NCBI GenBank assembly: GCA_051531975.1
Contig: JAOPTT010000005.1
Span: 32,001-96,000, forward strand
Origin: Spirochaetaceae bacterium
GTDB lineage: Bacteria > Spirochaetota > Spirochaetia > DSM-2461
Reading direction: 5' to 3'
Length of the DNA stretch: 64,000 bases
The notes below the pieces were generated by a model, which had not been told where the DNA came from, did not search any database, and was given only the letters and a program-made list of their open reading frames with translations. This document shows positions 1-10,963 of the stretch, piece after piece (the first letter of the stretch is position 1; the number at the start of each line of letters is the position of its first letter). Position numbers and translations under genes: made by a program.

Positions 1-400
1 CATTTTTTTTATTATATACATGAATTGAATCGATAAGATCGGAATTGAGGGAGGCCATTTGATTTAAATAGTCCGAGGCTGGTTTTATTTTTGCGTAATT
101 CCCTTCAAGAGGCAGATCAAACAGTTCCAACAAGTCAAAATTATCCTTGTTTATCAGGGCTATATTTTTTTAAAGAGATTTCCCCCTTATCAGAACGCTT
201 CCGTCTATGATCTTATTCAGATGATAGAGCATTTTTTGATTCACATTTATAAGTTCCCTATCATATACCCTTGAGAAATAATTTGTAGTGAACGTCCCCA
301 GAAAAAGAGTAATGAAAATCACCAGAACGGCATAAGAAACAACTAGTCTGAAATAATATTTGCTGCTTTTTTTAATTAATCCCCAAATCCAAACCTTTTT
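1..400 (-). pseudogene. 5' part of a membrane-anchored sensor/regulator (YesS/YesM-like), interrupted by an in-frame stop; continues beyond window start
   Basis: Minus-strand reading LIKKSSKYYFRLVVSYAVLVIFITLFLG (TM helix)...IRGKSL*KNIALINK...LIDSIHVYNKKN; TAA at 170-172; divergent from ABC operon; no clear start codon. Confidence 0.55.
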
Positions 401-467
401 AAAAATGTAATTTGTAGGTTTATATTAACATATTCCATGGATAACTAAAAATTAATAATTGTAGATA

Positions 468-593
468 AACCTTCTATAAACCTCTCAGAAGGTTCAAATC
501 GGGAAAATTTATCATTTTTCTGAAAATTTCATATCCCCGAATTTTCGGATTTGATATCTTTGCCGTTTTTTGTCATAGATCTTCTGAAGATCT
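468..593. promoter_or_regulatory. Candidate operator inverted repeats in divergent promoter region
   Basis: AACCTTCT-N11-AGAAGGTT (468-494) and palindrome AGATCTTC-T-GAAGATCT (577-593). Confidence 0.35.
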
Positions 594-662
594 GAGGCAT
601 TATTAAATTATCACTTGCAGGATATGCAAAGTAAATTATATTAAAAGGAGATTAATGTTTAT

Positions 663-1591
663 ATGAACCAGAATTATTCAAAAAAGCGAAAGAGTTTATT
701 CAAACAATATTTTGATCAAAGACATCTGGTTTTACTTTTTTTACCGGCGCTGATCTATTATCTGATATTTCACTACGGCCCCATTTACGGGATTCAGATT
801 GCATTCAAGAAATACAATTTAATTAAAGGGATGATGGCCAGTCCATGGATTGGTCTTGAAAACTTTAAGTTTTTATTTGAACTGGGTAGTTTTTGGGAAG
901 TCTTTAGAAATACCTTCATTATAAGTATTATGAAACTTGCCTGGGGATTTCCGGCTCCTATCATTTTTGCTCTTATATTAAATGAAATACGTAATATACA
1001 TTTTAAGAAAGTAGTTCAGACGCTGAGTTATCTTCCCCACTTTCTTTCGTGGGTCATAATGGCCGGTTTTTTCATGCAGTTTCTTTCTCCCTCAACAGGA
1101 CCGATAAATATTTTGCTTAAATCTTTTGGATTGGATCCAATTTATTTCATAGCTGATCCCAAGTGGTTCAGGTCGGTATTGGTATCTACGAAAATATGGA
1201 AGGAGATAGGATGGGGTTCCATTGTATATCTGGCAGCCCTGTCTAATATTGATTCCGCATTATATGAAGCAGCCGGTATGGACGGAGCGAGCCGCTTTCA
1301 GAAAGCAATTTACATCACTTTACCTTCACTGACACCGGTAATCATGATAATGCTCATTTTGTCCATCGGTAGACTGCTAAATGACGACTTCGATCAGATC
1401 CTAAATCTTTATAATGCTGCGGTATATAGTGTGGTGATGTACTTGGAACCTATACCTATAGGGTGGGTCTTATAAAAATGCAGTACAGTCTGGCTACTTG
1501 TGTCGAATTATTCAAAAACGTCATTGGTTTTACCTTGATTATAGGAGCCAATAAAATTGCCAAGAGGGTAGGTGAATATGGTATTTGGTAA
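663..1591 (+). pseudogene. Carbohydrate ABC permease (LplB/YteP-like), frameshifted near 1431
   Basis: EAA motif LYEAAGMDGASRFQ; the expected C-terminus GDVLGTYTYRVGLIKMQYSLATCVELFKNVIGFTLIIGANKIAKRVGEYGIW* continues in another frame to TAA 1589-1591. Confidence 0.85.
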
Positions 1592-2471
1592 AAAAACTTT
1601 GAAAATAAAAAAAATAAAAGTTTCCGGATGGGATCTGCTTAATTATAGCTTTCTGATACTTTTTTGTATTTCAACATTGTATCCGTTGCTTCATCTTTTG
1701 GCAGTATCTGTCAGTACGGAAAACGTGGCTTTGTCACAGTTGAAATTAATACCATCGGAAATGACATTTGATAATATTAAAGACGTATTATCTGATGAAG
1801 GCATTCAGTTCGGTTTTATATGGACAGTTTTCAGGACGGTTCTAGGAACAACACTTTCACTTATTGTTACTATTGCCTGTGCCTATCCATTATCAAAAAA
1901 AGAGTTTCCTCATAAAGGATTCTGGACCGCATTGATCGTCTTCACTATGTTTTTCAAGGGTGGATTGATCCCTATGTATATGGTGGTTAGAGGTCTGGGT
2001 TTGACTAACACTATCTGGTCATTGGTTTTACCGAGGATGATCGATACTTTTGCACTGCTGATAATGCGGAATTATTTTATGGCCATACCCGATAGTTTGG
2101 AGGAGTCAGCCAGAATAGATGGTGCGGATCCTATAACCATTCTCTTGAGAATTATTATTCCAATCTCAACACCGATAATCGCCACAGTAACTTTATGGGT
2201 TGCCGTATGGCACTGGAACAGCTGGTTCGACAGTATGATCTATATACAGGATATGGATAAACAGGTTCTACAGGTCATGTTACGGAGAATCGTACTGGAA
2301 GGGACTTCGAAAATGACAGATTTAGCGAATATGGCTGATGATGAAGTTGTCAATCCCGAGACTATAAAAGCGGCGACAGTTATCGTCGCTACCACCCCTA
2401 TCCTTCTGGTATACCCATTTCTACAGAAATATTTTGTAAAAGGGGTCATGGTGGGATCGTTAAAAGGTTAA
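1578..2471 (+). CDS. Carbohydrate ABC permease (LplC/YtcP-like)
   Basis: SLEESARIDGA EAA loop, WNSWF, YPFLQKYFVKGVMVGSLKG terminus. Confidence 0.92.
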   Translation: MVFGKKTLKIKKIKVSGWDLLNYSFLILFCISTLYPLLHLLAVSVSTENVALSQLKLIPSEMTFDNIKDVLSDEGIQFGFIWTVFRTVLGTTLSLIVTIACAYPLSKKEFPHKGFWTALIVFTMFFKGGLIPMYMVVRGLGLTNTIWSLVLPRMIDTFALLIMRNYFMAIPDSLEESARIDGADPITILLRIIIPISTPIIATVTLWVAVWHWNSWFDSMIYIQDMDKQVLQVMLRRIVLEGTSKMTDLANMADDEVVNPETIKAATVIVATTPILLVYPFLQKYFVKGVMVGSLKG

Positions 2472-2513
2472 TATCCGGTCGTTGACCGGTTGAATATAAA
2501 ATTGGAGGATTAA

Positions 2514-3525
2514 ATGAAGAAAGGATTATTTACATTGTTAATCTCAATGCTCATGTGTAATGGCGCATTATTTGCCACAGGACAGAAGGAAGCAGAATCA
2601 ACAGAACCTGAAGTCAAAGAGACTATGGTCTTAAACTGGACAGCATATCAGAAAAAGCCCGTTGAACAGGATGCATATCTTATTAAGTATGTGGAAGATA
2701 TGTTTGATGTTGATGTTAACTATATAAATATTGATAATACTAAAGCTGATGAAATCTTAGGTATTAAGTTTGCATCTGGAGAAATTCCTGATTATTTCAC
2801 AACTGGAGCAGGTAACCGTTTCGAAAAACTGCAACAGTTCTATGATCTGGGTGTTTTAGCAGAAATCCCTATGGAAATGGTTAAGAAATATGCGCCGCAT
2901 TATTATAGCAGCATGCTTAAAGATGTTCCAGGAACACCAACTCCCTTTGATTATTCAAAAATAGATGGGAAACTCATGGCTCTGCCTGATTTTAATAAAG
3001 GAACAGAATTCAGACTTGCTCTTGCATACCGTGGAGACTGGATGGAAGCTGTTGGAGTTACAGAAACTCCAAATACTGGACTGGTCTGTATCTTCCTTTG
3101 AGAATAATACATTGGCTCAGTGGGGAGTAGAAGGTGAACATTGGGAATATAAAGCAGAATCAAAATCACCAAGTTTTATCAAGGCTGATGATGGATTTTC
3201 TTACGAAGATGTCGGTGGTGGATCTATGTGGGTTCCAAACGGTCCATTTGAGTTCCAGAACAAAAGAGCTAGTGCAGTTAAGATGGATTGGATGTATGAG
3301 AATGAGATGGATAAGTATGGAATCAACTCTCAATTAATGGCTCCTTTACCTTCAGCTATCAAATATCAGGAAGAGCTGAAAAAAATCCAGGAAGAAGCAT
3401 TTATTTCAATCATTACCGGCGACAAACCGCTCTCTTATTACGATGAGTATATGGATAAATGGTGGACTTCAGGTGGTGAAATACTATCAAAAGAAGCCAA
3501 TGCTTGGTATTCAAGCTTAAAATAA
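2514..3525 (+). pseudogene. Extracellular solute-binding lipoprotein (LplA/YtcQ-like) with internal deletion and frameshift near 3075
   Basis: N-part ends ...DWMEAVGVTETPNT and joins directly, in another frame, ILDWSVSSFENNTLAQWGVEGEHW...GGEILSKEANAWY; total ~337 codons, shorter than the ~500 aa typical of this family. Confidence 0.8.
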
Positions 3526-3569
3526 TATTTCATTTGGCATGAAGCTTTTCAGCTGCATGTGAATCTTTC

Positions 3570-3612
3570 GAGCCGCCTGATTAAATTTATAGAAATCAGG
3601 TGGCTCTCTTTT
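3570..3612 (+). terminator. Stem-loop / intrinsic terminator after SBP
   Basis: GAGCCGCCTGATT...AATCAGGTGGCTC followed by TCTTTT. Confidence 0.7.
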
Positions 3613-3639
3613 AAATTAAAATAAATTGGAGAATTTGTA

Positions 3640-5629
3640 ATGTCTGACCTAATTGAACAGCCTCATAAACTGTTCTGGAAACAGCTTTGTAAGTGGGATA
3701 ATTCTGATTATCAGGAACTTATCAATACCGAAAAACAAAACAGGAATACCCGTATAGAAAATGCCTTTAAAACAGGGACCGAAGTTGAAACTACAGGAAT
3801 CGATCAACAGCTTTTTGACAGAATGTGGATAGGAGAAAATCTTCAGGAAGTAAATAAAGAGTTGTTACAGGATTTTAACATCGACCTTAATACAACAAAA
3901 GCACGTAAAAAAGACTCTACAGTATCGCCGGCTTATGATCTCTACCATCTTATGAGGAATTCCCGATTGATCTCCTTTTATTACTGTTTTGGAAAAAAGA
4001 GTAAATATTTCCCGGGGCGATTGAACGTGGAAAATGAAGATCTGCTGCTGGAACTGCTGTGGTGGCGGACCATGGATAAAAATGATATAGCCATAACAAC
4101 AAAAAGCACCTGGTGGATGTCAGGCAGTGAAAATCATGACCTTAACTCAAAACAACTAATCTACTTACTTCAGCAATATTCGCCTCTGAACCTGCTTATG
4201 CCTCGAAAGTTCATGCAGATTATGGTTACGGTTGTTCTCCCGGTTATATGAGCGCTGGTTTTAATCAGTCTGGTATAGAAAATTCAGAAAGAAGAGGGAC
4301 TGAAAGAGCAAACTGGTCCGACGGAAAGCAGTATAAACCTGCTGACCATTACGAAGCATGGGTAGCCTATTTTAAAGAGTATTTTGCAGAAAGAGCCAGG
4401 AAAGGGTTCTTTCTGGAAAATGGCTCCCCTGGTTATATGAAGTTCACTATAGCTTACATACTTCTACTTTATAATTTTTGCCCCGATGGACAATTGAAAC
4501 TTCAAGTAAAGATGTTTTTAGATCTGTTCTGGACCGACTGGGCTCTACAGCAACTCGGTGGACTTAGAGGTGGACCAAAAACAAGGCATCACAACAGTGC
4601 CGGTTCTTACGATTCTATGTCAGACTGGGCCAGGTTTTATCTTGGTGGGCCGGGATTGACCACTTTCAATTATTCTCAGCAGATGATTGGTGATTACCAG
4701 TTCAGCCCACTTATTTGGGAACTTGTTTTAGACAGAAAAGGCCTTGGTTCATTTGCTTATACTGCAAGGGGCATAGGAGAGGAAGAAGAGACTCTTCCAC
4801 GACCTTTTGGTGTGGAACGGACCATGACAGGTGACAGAGAATCCCGTATGACAAAATACAGCTGGATTACCCCCGATTATGTACTGGGGACCCAGATGGA
4901 TCATCCCTTGGCTGTTCACAATCATCTGTCGGCTCATGGCCGGTGGCAGGGTTTGATCACATCGGATCTTAATTCACGTATTCTTACAGTATCACTTGAG
5001 CAGTTCCGGGGAAAAACCGATCCCGGGAACGGTTATTCTATAGAGCTTATGTATCACAGTGCTCAGAATAAGCAGGTGCTCATTACCCAGCAGAAGAGAC
5101 GGTGGACTCAGATAAATCCCGACTGGTTTCCCACTTACGACCAGCTCTATGATGTGGGTTTTGGTGTGTTTATAGGCACTGGATGGCAGACCAGAAAGGA
5201 ACAGACCGTTACGCAAACCATGTGGAACTGGAAGTAGAGTGTTATAAGTGGAATGATAACTCTACGATTCTCCAGCTTGTCAATAAATACAGCCCTATTA
5301 TCATTGAAGCGGGTAGACGGGCCGATTATCCCACTCTAGTAGATTTTCAGAAACAGATTCTTTCAAACAAGTTGGAAATTCACAAAACCGTAGCCACCCA
5401 TGAAACAAAAATTATTGTGGTCTACAAGGGATCACAATCTGAGGAGATCGTTTTTAATGCTGCTAATCAGGCGGATATTCCAACAATAGGTGGAGAGTAC
5501 ATTAATTACAATTATCCCAAAACATTTGATGCTCCCTACATTCAGGCAGACTATGAAAGTGGTGTTGTGGAGATTAGCAAAGGTGATAATAAGCAGATTT
5601 TTGATTTTAACAGGATCTCTACTGATTAG
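3640..5629 (+). pseudogene. Unknown large protein (paralogue of 14555-16619), split into three ORFs by a frameshift (~4150) and a deletion (~5200)
   Basis: Collinear with the 626-aa ORF: WWMSGSENHDLN, KGFFLENG, RGGPKTRHH, WITPDYVLGTQMDHP, RRWTQINPDW, KGTD. Confidence 0.85.
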
Positions 5630-5640
5630 TGGCATAAACA

Positions 5641-5673
5641 ACACTTATCTGATGCATGACAGATGATAAGTGT
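5641..5673 (+). terminator. Intergenic stem-loop
   Basis: ACACTTATC...GATAAGTGT inverted repeat. Confidence 0.45.
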
Positions 5674-5711
5674 CTGTTTATAATATAATTATTTAAATGA
5701 AGGTAGGTAAA

Positions 5712-6773
5712 ATGAAGCTAAGAGAAGATATTGATGACCTTATGGATCGGACAACCCGGTTTACAACAAATGGAAAAAGTGGGGATGCTCTGGTTAAAGT
5801 GAATCTAATACAGAAACCCTACAAAGTAAAAGGATTGGACCAGTGGAACTTTCCAGTTGAAATGAAACAGTTCCTCGATGAAAATATTAAAGCCCTGGAG
5901 TACACCTGGCAGAAACAAAAGCTCATTCCCGACGATTCCATTCCTGCTCTGTATCCACGATACGGTATAGCCGAACACTCAGCCTTTTTAGGTGGTGAGG
6001 TGGATTTCAGTGAAGATACGAGTTGGCACCATCAAATATTAAACAGTTATGATGATGTAGCTAAACTGGAGCTGAGAGAAGATAATGTCTGGCTGCGTAT
6101 GGTTATAGACGGCCTGGCTTATTACAGGGAGAAGGGTGTCGGAAATTTTGCTGTTAAACAGAGGGGTGCTATGGCTCCAATGGATCTGGCCAATGCCCTG
6201 CGTGGTAACGATATATTTATGGATTTCTACGATCATCCTGAAGAGCTACATAGACTTTTGACTTTTTGTACCGAGGCCTGCGAATGGTATATTTCACGGC
6301 AGAAAAGTGTAATTGGTGATTTTTACGGTGGAACCATAAGCGGAACTGATGTATGGATGAAGGGAAATGCCATAGGGCACCTGTCGGAAGACGCTTCTGT
6401 TATGTGTTCTCCTGATATTTTTACAGAGTTTGGAAAACCATATACTACTAAACTTGTAGAAAAGTATGATGCTGCTTTTATGCACCTTCATACCGCGGGA
6501 ACCCAGGCTTTTAAAGAGATTCTGGATATCGATAAGCTACAGTATTTTGAACTGGCGCCAGATCCTAATCAGCCCCGGGGAATAGATGTATATAAAAATC
6601 ATAAAGATCTGTTTGGAAACAAAATTATGAAACTGTTTATAACTTTTGATGAGATAAAAGATAATATAAGTTTTCTAAAAACTGCTAAAACAACATTGGT
6701 TTGTGATGCAGAAAGTGTGGAAGAGGCAAAGGCTATTACAGCTTTTGTTAGACGTGAACTACCTGTATTATAA
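5712..6773 (+). CDS. Uroporphyrinogen decarboxylase / MtaA-CmuA-fold protein
   Basis: ALRGNDIFMDFYDHPEELHRLL, LSEDASVMCSPDIFTEFGKPY, FMHLHTAG. Confidence 0.75.
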   Translation: MKLREDIDDLMDRTTRFTTNGKSGDALVKVNLIQKPYKVKGLDQWNFPVEMKQFLDENIKALEYTWQKQKLIPDDSIPALYPRYGIAEHSAFLGGEVDFSEDTSWHHQILNSYDDVAKLELREDNVWLRMVIDGLAYYREKGVGNFAVKQRGAMAPMDLANALRGNDIFMDFYDHPEELHRLLTFCTEACEWYISRQKSVIGDFYGGTISGTDVWMKGNAIGHLSEDASVMCSPDIFTEFGKPYTTKLVEKYDAAFMHLHTAGTQAFKEILDIDKLQYFELAPDPNQPRGIDVYKNHKDLFGNKIMKLFITFDEIKDNISFLKTAKTTLVCDAESVEEAKAITAFVRRELPVL

Positions 6774-6801
6774 TAAGAGATAATGATAAGGAAACAATAA
6801 T

Positions 6802-7647
6802 ATGATTGGAACAAGAGGACATGATATTAACACGGGCACTACCAGCGCCCGTGCTTTAGCCCAGGAAATGCTTGATGCCGGGATGGAAGCAGTTCAGCTT
6901 GTTGTTTATAAAAGCATAAAAGGTGTAAGTGAAAAACCGGGATGTCTATCACCGGGACTGGCCTGGAGTATCGGCCGGGAATTCGAAAAAAGGGACATTC
7001 ATATAGCCCTTTTAGGCAGCTATTTCAATCTGCTTGAACAGGATTCACTGAAATTGAAAGAGAATATGGACAGGTTTAAAGAGTATCTGCGTTTTGCAAG
7101 TGATTTTGGTTGCCCCATTGTAGGGACTGAAACCGGTTCCTACAATGCCGATATGTCTTATCATCCACATAATCACGGTGAAGAGGCTTTGCAGACTGTC
7201 ATTGGAATTTTTAAGGAATTCGCTGTGGAAGCAGAGCACCATGGTGTGTTCGTCGGTGTAGAGGGATTGTATAATTTTGTCATCTCCACTCCAAAAAGGA
7301 TGAAAACTCTTCTTGATTCTGTGGATTCCAGTAACCTGCAGGTGATTCTCGATCCTGTGAATCTACTTCATATGGGCAATTACACAAAAGTAAAAGAGAT
7401 TATCGAAGATTCATTTGAACTCTTTGGAAATAGAATCGTATTAATTCATGCTAAGGATTTTATTATTGAAGACCATCAGATAAAAACCGTCCCTTTAGGC
7501 CGTGGATTGATGGATTATGAACATCTGCTGACTATGGTAAACAGATACAAACCGGGTATAGATATCATTATTGAAGACCTAAGGGGCGACGAACTGCAGG
7601 AAAGTCAGTTGTATTTACAAAGTATTATAGACAAACTAGATAATTGA
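6802..7647 (+). CDS. Sugar phosphate isomerase/epimerase (xylose isomerase-like TIM barrel)
   Basis: VGTETG, VGVEG, ILDPVN, IHAKD, IIIED metal-ligand pattern. Confidence 0.85.
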   Translation: MIGTRGHDINTGTTSARALAQEMLDAGMEAVQLVVYKSIKGVSEKPGCLSPGLAWSIGREFEKRDIHIALLGSYFNLLEQDSLKLKENMDRFKEYLRFASDFGCPIVGTETGSYNADMSYHPHNHGEEALQTVIGIFKEFAVEAEHHGVFVGVEGLYNFVISTPKRMKTLLDSVDSSNLQVILDPVNLLHMGNYTKVKEIIEDSFELFGNRIVLIHAKDFIIEDHQIKTVPLGRGLMDYEHLLTMVNRYKPGIDIIIEDLRGDELQESQLYLQSIIDKLDN

Positions 7648-7667
7648 ATAGAAAGGAAGAAATCTTT

Positions 7668-8729
7668 ATGAGCAAAAAAAAAGACACAGACATTAATGCG
7701 GAAACTATCAAAAAATATATAGACCTAGTTGCAAAACGAACCATGGCCATGGATTTTGCCTGGGACTGGCCTGCTGGTGTGGCTTTTTACGGAATCTGTC
7801 GGGCATGGGAAGTTCTCCAGGAGCAGAAATATCTCGACTTTCTAGTAAACTGGGTGGATAACTACCTGGATAAGGGAATACCTAAGCTCACTGTAAATGC
7901 TGTATCCATAGGGCATACTCTGATAACCCTCCATGAAGCTACAGGTGATGAGAAATATCTGAATCAGGCTAAAGATATGGCGGAATTCCTGACCAATGAT
8001 GCGTTGCGTTTTGCAGACGGTGTCTTTCAGCATACGGTTTCCCAGAACTACGACTTTCCAGAACAGGCATGGGCGGACACTCTATTTATGGCAGCCTACT
8101 TCCTTGTACGTATGGGTGTTAAAACAGAGAACGAAGCTTATCTGAAAGACGGTCTGAAGCAGTATTACTGGCATGAAGAATTCCTGCAGAATACCACTAC
8201 AAACGTTTATTATCATGCCTGGGATAACATCAATAAAAACAATCTTTCGGGAGTGTACTGGGCCAGGGCAAATGCCTGGGCTACCGCGACTTCCGCCGGG
8301 GCTCTGACATTAATTGATGCCTTTAACCCTTCTTTTATGACCATCCTGGATGCCCTACGTGATCAGCTTTCTGCTTTAGTAAGGCTGCAGTCTGAAAACG
8401 GTCTGTGGCATACAGTCCTGGACGATCCAACTTCTTATGAGGAAGTATCGGCGACCGCAGGTATTCTGGCTGGTTTGATCGGTTATGAAAAAGTGCTGGG
8501 TCAAAGTGTTTACAGAGAACAGATAGACAAAGGGATTAACGGTTTAATTAAGAATATAGCACAAGACGGCAGAGCTATGAATGTTTCTGCGGGAACAGCG
8601 GTTATGAAAAGTACCGGGGATTACAAACTAGTTCCAAAAAAGCGGATTCAGGGTTGGGGTCAGGGACTTGTTCTATCTGCCCTGGCTGAAGCGTATCTAC
8701 TGAGCTCTGGAGATAACTATGACGAATGA
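7668..8729 (+). CDS. GH105 unsaturated rhamnogalacturonyl/glucuronyl hydrolase (YteR/YesR-like)
   Basis: WDWPAGVAFYG, WADTLFMA, YYHAW, WARANAW, GLWHTVLDDPTSYEEVSATA. Confidence 0.88.
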   Translation: MSKKKDTDINAETIKKYIDLVAKRTMAMDFAWDWPAGVAFYGICRAWEVLQEQKYLDFLVNWVDNYLDKGIPKLTVNAVSIGHTLITLHEATGDEKYLNQAKDMAEFLTNDALRFADGVFQHTVSQNYDFPEQAWADTLFMAAYFLVRMGVKTENEAYLKDGLKQYYWHEEFLQNTTTNVYYHAWDNINKNNLSGVYWARANAWATATSAGALTLIDAFNPSFMTILDALRDQLSALVRLQSENGLWHTVLDDPTSYEEVSATAGILAGLIGYEKVLGQSVYREQIDKGINGLIKNIAQDGRAMNVSAGTAVMKSTGDYKLVPKKRIQGWGQGLVLSALAEAYLLSSGDNYDE

Positions 8730-9444
8730 TGAAGAATTTAATAAATTACTTGAGTTGAACTGGTCTGAACTGTTTTTTGACAGCGGTAGTGAAGACTGGC
8801 GGAAGAATTGGTTTCTCGATGGGAAAAAGGCTGATTTGAAAAATACGGACAGAGGTTTGGACTTTTATGCAGGTCCTACCTTTAGAGATGATTCCTGTCA
8901 TGCCGTGTTGTGGACAAAAGAAGAATACTCAGGTGACCTGAAAATCGAATATAATTTTACCCGGCTTGATAAGGAACACCGCTGCGTAAATATACTCTAC
9001 CTTCAGGCAACAGGCTGCGGAGAAGGACCTTATGAGAAAGATATCAGCAAATGGAATCACTTGAGGCAGGTTCCTGCCATGAGTGAATACTTCGACCATA
9101 TGAATACTTATCATATCTCCTATGCCGCCTTTAACAATACCGATGAAATAGAACCGGGATACATCCGTGCCAGACGTTATATGGCCGCCGGACTTGACGC
9201 CACGGAGCTGGAGCCGGACTACGATCCAACGGGATTCTTTGAATATGATATTCCCCACAAGATGACCATAATCAAATCAGGAGACCATATCTATTTTAAA
9301 ATTTCCAATGAAAAGAAAGAGCAGTTATGCCACTGGCATAATACAAAATTCCCCTCTATAAACGAAGGGAGAATCGGACTGCGGCAGATGTTTACAAGAG
9401 CTTCCAGGTACGGAAATTTTAGAATTTCCAAGCTGAGAAAATAA
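8719..9444 (+). CDS. DUF1961 (YesU-like) beta-sandwich protein
   Basis: HAVLW, YHISYAA, C-terminal GRIGLRQM motif. Confidence 0.75.
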   Translation: MTNDEEFNKLLELNWSELFFDSGSEDWRKNWFLDGKKADLKNTDRGLDFYAGPTFRDDSCHAVLWTKEEYSGDLKIEYNFTRLDKEHRCVNILYLQATGCGEGPYEKDISKWNHLRQVPAMSEYFDHMNTYHISYAAFNNTDEIEPGYIRARRYMAAGLDATELEPDYDPTGFFEYDIPHKMTIIKSGDHIYFKISNEKKEQLCHWHNTKFPSINEGRIGLRQMFTRASRYGNFRISKLRK

Positions 9445-9454
9445 GGAATAACTT

Positions 9455-10756
9455 ATGAATATTGTCTATATACATACCCATGATACGGGAAAATACATTG
9501 AACCATACGGCTACGCTATTCCCACTCCCAATCTTATGAAATTTACCGGGGAAGGGACACTATTCCGCAATGCATTTTGCACAGGTCCGACATGTTCTCC
9601 CAGTAGGGCGGGTCTGCTTACGGGTATGGCACCCCATTCATGTGGAATGACAGGATTGTCCCACAGGGGATTTGCGATTAATGATTATGATAAACATCTG
9701 GTTCGGTTTCTGAACAGGCAGGGTTATGAGACAAGCTTGTGCGGTGTGCAGCATGAAGCGGCGGATGAAAAGACTATCGGATATCAGAATATCCTCCATG
9801 ATGAACAGTATACACTTGAAAATTTCAAGGCGTGGGATCTGGCCAATGCACATAAAGCGTCGGATTATATAAAAGAGAAAAAAGATAAACCCTTCTTTCT
9901 CTCCTTCGGTATGGTAAATACCCACAGACCATATCCTGTTATTGATGATGATATAAATCCGGATAATATCATGCCCCCTTTTCCTGTTCCCGATACGGTT
10001 GAAAACAGGGAGGATATGGCGGCTTATATTACATCGGTGAAAGTTGTGGACCAATGTGTCGGAATGGTAATAAAATCCTTGGAAGATTCAGGTATTCGCA
10101 ACGAGACTCTTATCATTTTTACAACCGATCATGGGATCGCTTTTCCCAGAATGAAGTGTAATCTCTACGATACGGGGATGGGAGTTTCTCTTATTATGGA
10201 TTATCCCGGAAACAGACAGAAAGGGATAGCCAGTGATGCCCTGGTATCCCATTTGGATATATTCCCTACAATCTGCGGTATCCTGGATTTTAAAAAACCG
10301 GATTGGCTTCAAGGAATCTCCATGGTGTCCCTTTTCAAAGGTCAGAACAAGGAAATACGGGAAACTCTGTTTTCCGAAGTAACTTTTCACGCTGCTTATG
10401 AGCCAATGCGCTGTATTCGAAGTAAAAGATACAAATATATCCGTATTTTCAGCGGTTATGACAGATATATACACTTTGGTGGAGACGGAGGGAGATCCGA
10501 TCAGTTTTTTAAGGAACATGGCGGAGGCGATCTACACAGGAATGAAGAGATGCTTTTTGATCTCTATCTGGATCCGGTTGAACGGAATAATCTGATTGAA
10601 GTTCCATCCTATAAATCAGTTTATAACAAAATGAAACAGGATCTTGAGACATGGATGGCTGGGACAAATGATCCCTTGCTAGATGGAGATATCTTATCTC
10701 CTCAAGGGGCAATTATTGGTAAACCCGAGAAGCTGAATCCAAGGATAAAAATATGA
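9455..10756 (+). CDS. Formylglycine-dependent (S1) sulfatase
   Basis: CSPSRAGLLTG signature, THD, TTDHG, LYLDPVERNNL. Confidence 0.92.
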   Translation: MNIVYIHTHDTGKYIEPYGYAIPTPNLMKFTGEGTLFRNAFCTGPTCSPSRAGLLTGMAPHSCGMTGLSHRGFAINDYDKHLVRFLNRQGYETSLCGVQHEAADEKTIGYQNILHDEQYTLENFKAWDLANAHKASDYIKEKKDKPFFLSFGMVNTHRPYPVIDDDINPDNIMPPFPVPDTVENREDMAAYITSVKVVDQCVGMVIKSLEDSGIRNETLIIFTTDHGIAFPRMKCNLYDTGMGVSLIMDYPGNRQKGIASDALVSHLDIFPTICGILDFKKPDWLQGISMVSLFKGQNKEIRETLFSEVTFHAAYEPMRCIRSKRYKYIRIFSGYDRYIHFGGDGGRSDQFFKEHGGGDLHRNEEMLFDLYLDPVERNNLIEVPSYKSVYNKMKQDLETWMAGTNDPLLDGDILSPQGAIIGKPEKLNPRIKI

Positions 10757-10840
10757 ATAAAAAACATTATGATGTAATTGTTATAGGTAGAGGGACCGCC
10801 GGGGTAGTCGCGGCCATACAGGCTGGTCGTACCGGAAATA
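10753..10840 (+). pseudogene. N-terminal stub of FAD-dependent oxidoreductase
   Basis: MNKKHYDVIVIGRGTAGVVAAIQAGRTG: Rossmann beta-alpha start, translationally coupled to the sulfatase; the motif ends after ~28 codons. Confidence 0.75.
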
Positions 10841-10861
10841 AAATAGATAAGGAAAATTTAT

Positions 10862-10963
10862 ATGAAACAATTCTGTATTACCCCTGCTATAGGGAAAACC
10901 AATTTTAATGGTTCAGGTGATCTGATAAAAAAGATCTCAGAGACGACGGTTTGTGATGTTTGA
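10862..10963 (+). pseudogene. 33-codon ORF, probable internally deleted remnant of a conserved hypothetical gene
   Basis: RBS AAGGAA, MKQFCITPAIGK...DLIKKISETTVCDV*; stop overlaps next start. Confidence 0.35.

Noticed and set aside
663..5629. Programmed frameshifting or stop recoding to explain split ORFs
   Set aside because: No slippery heptamers at the breaks; lesions are many, varied and include deletions, which fits decay better.
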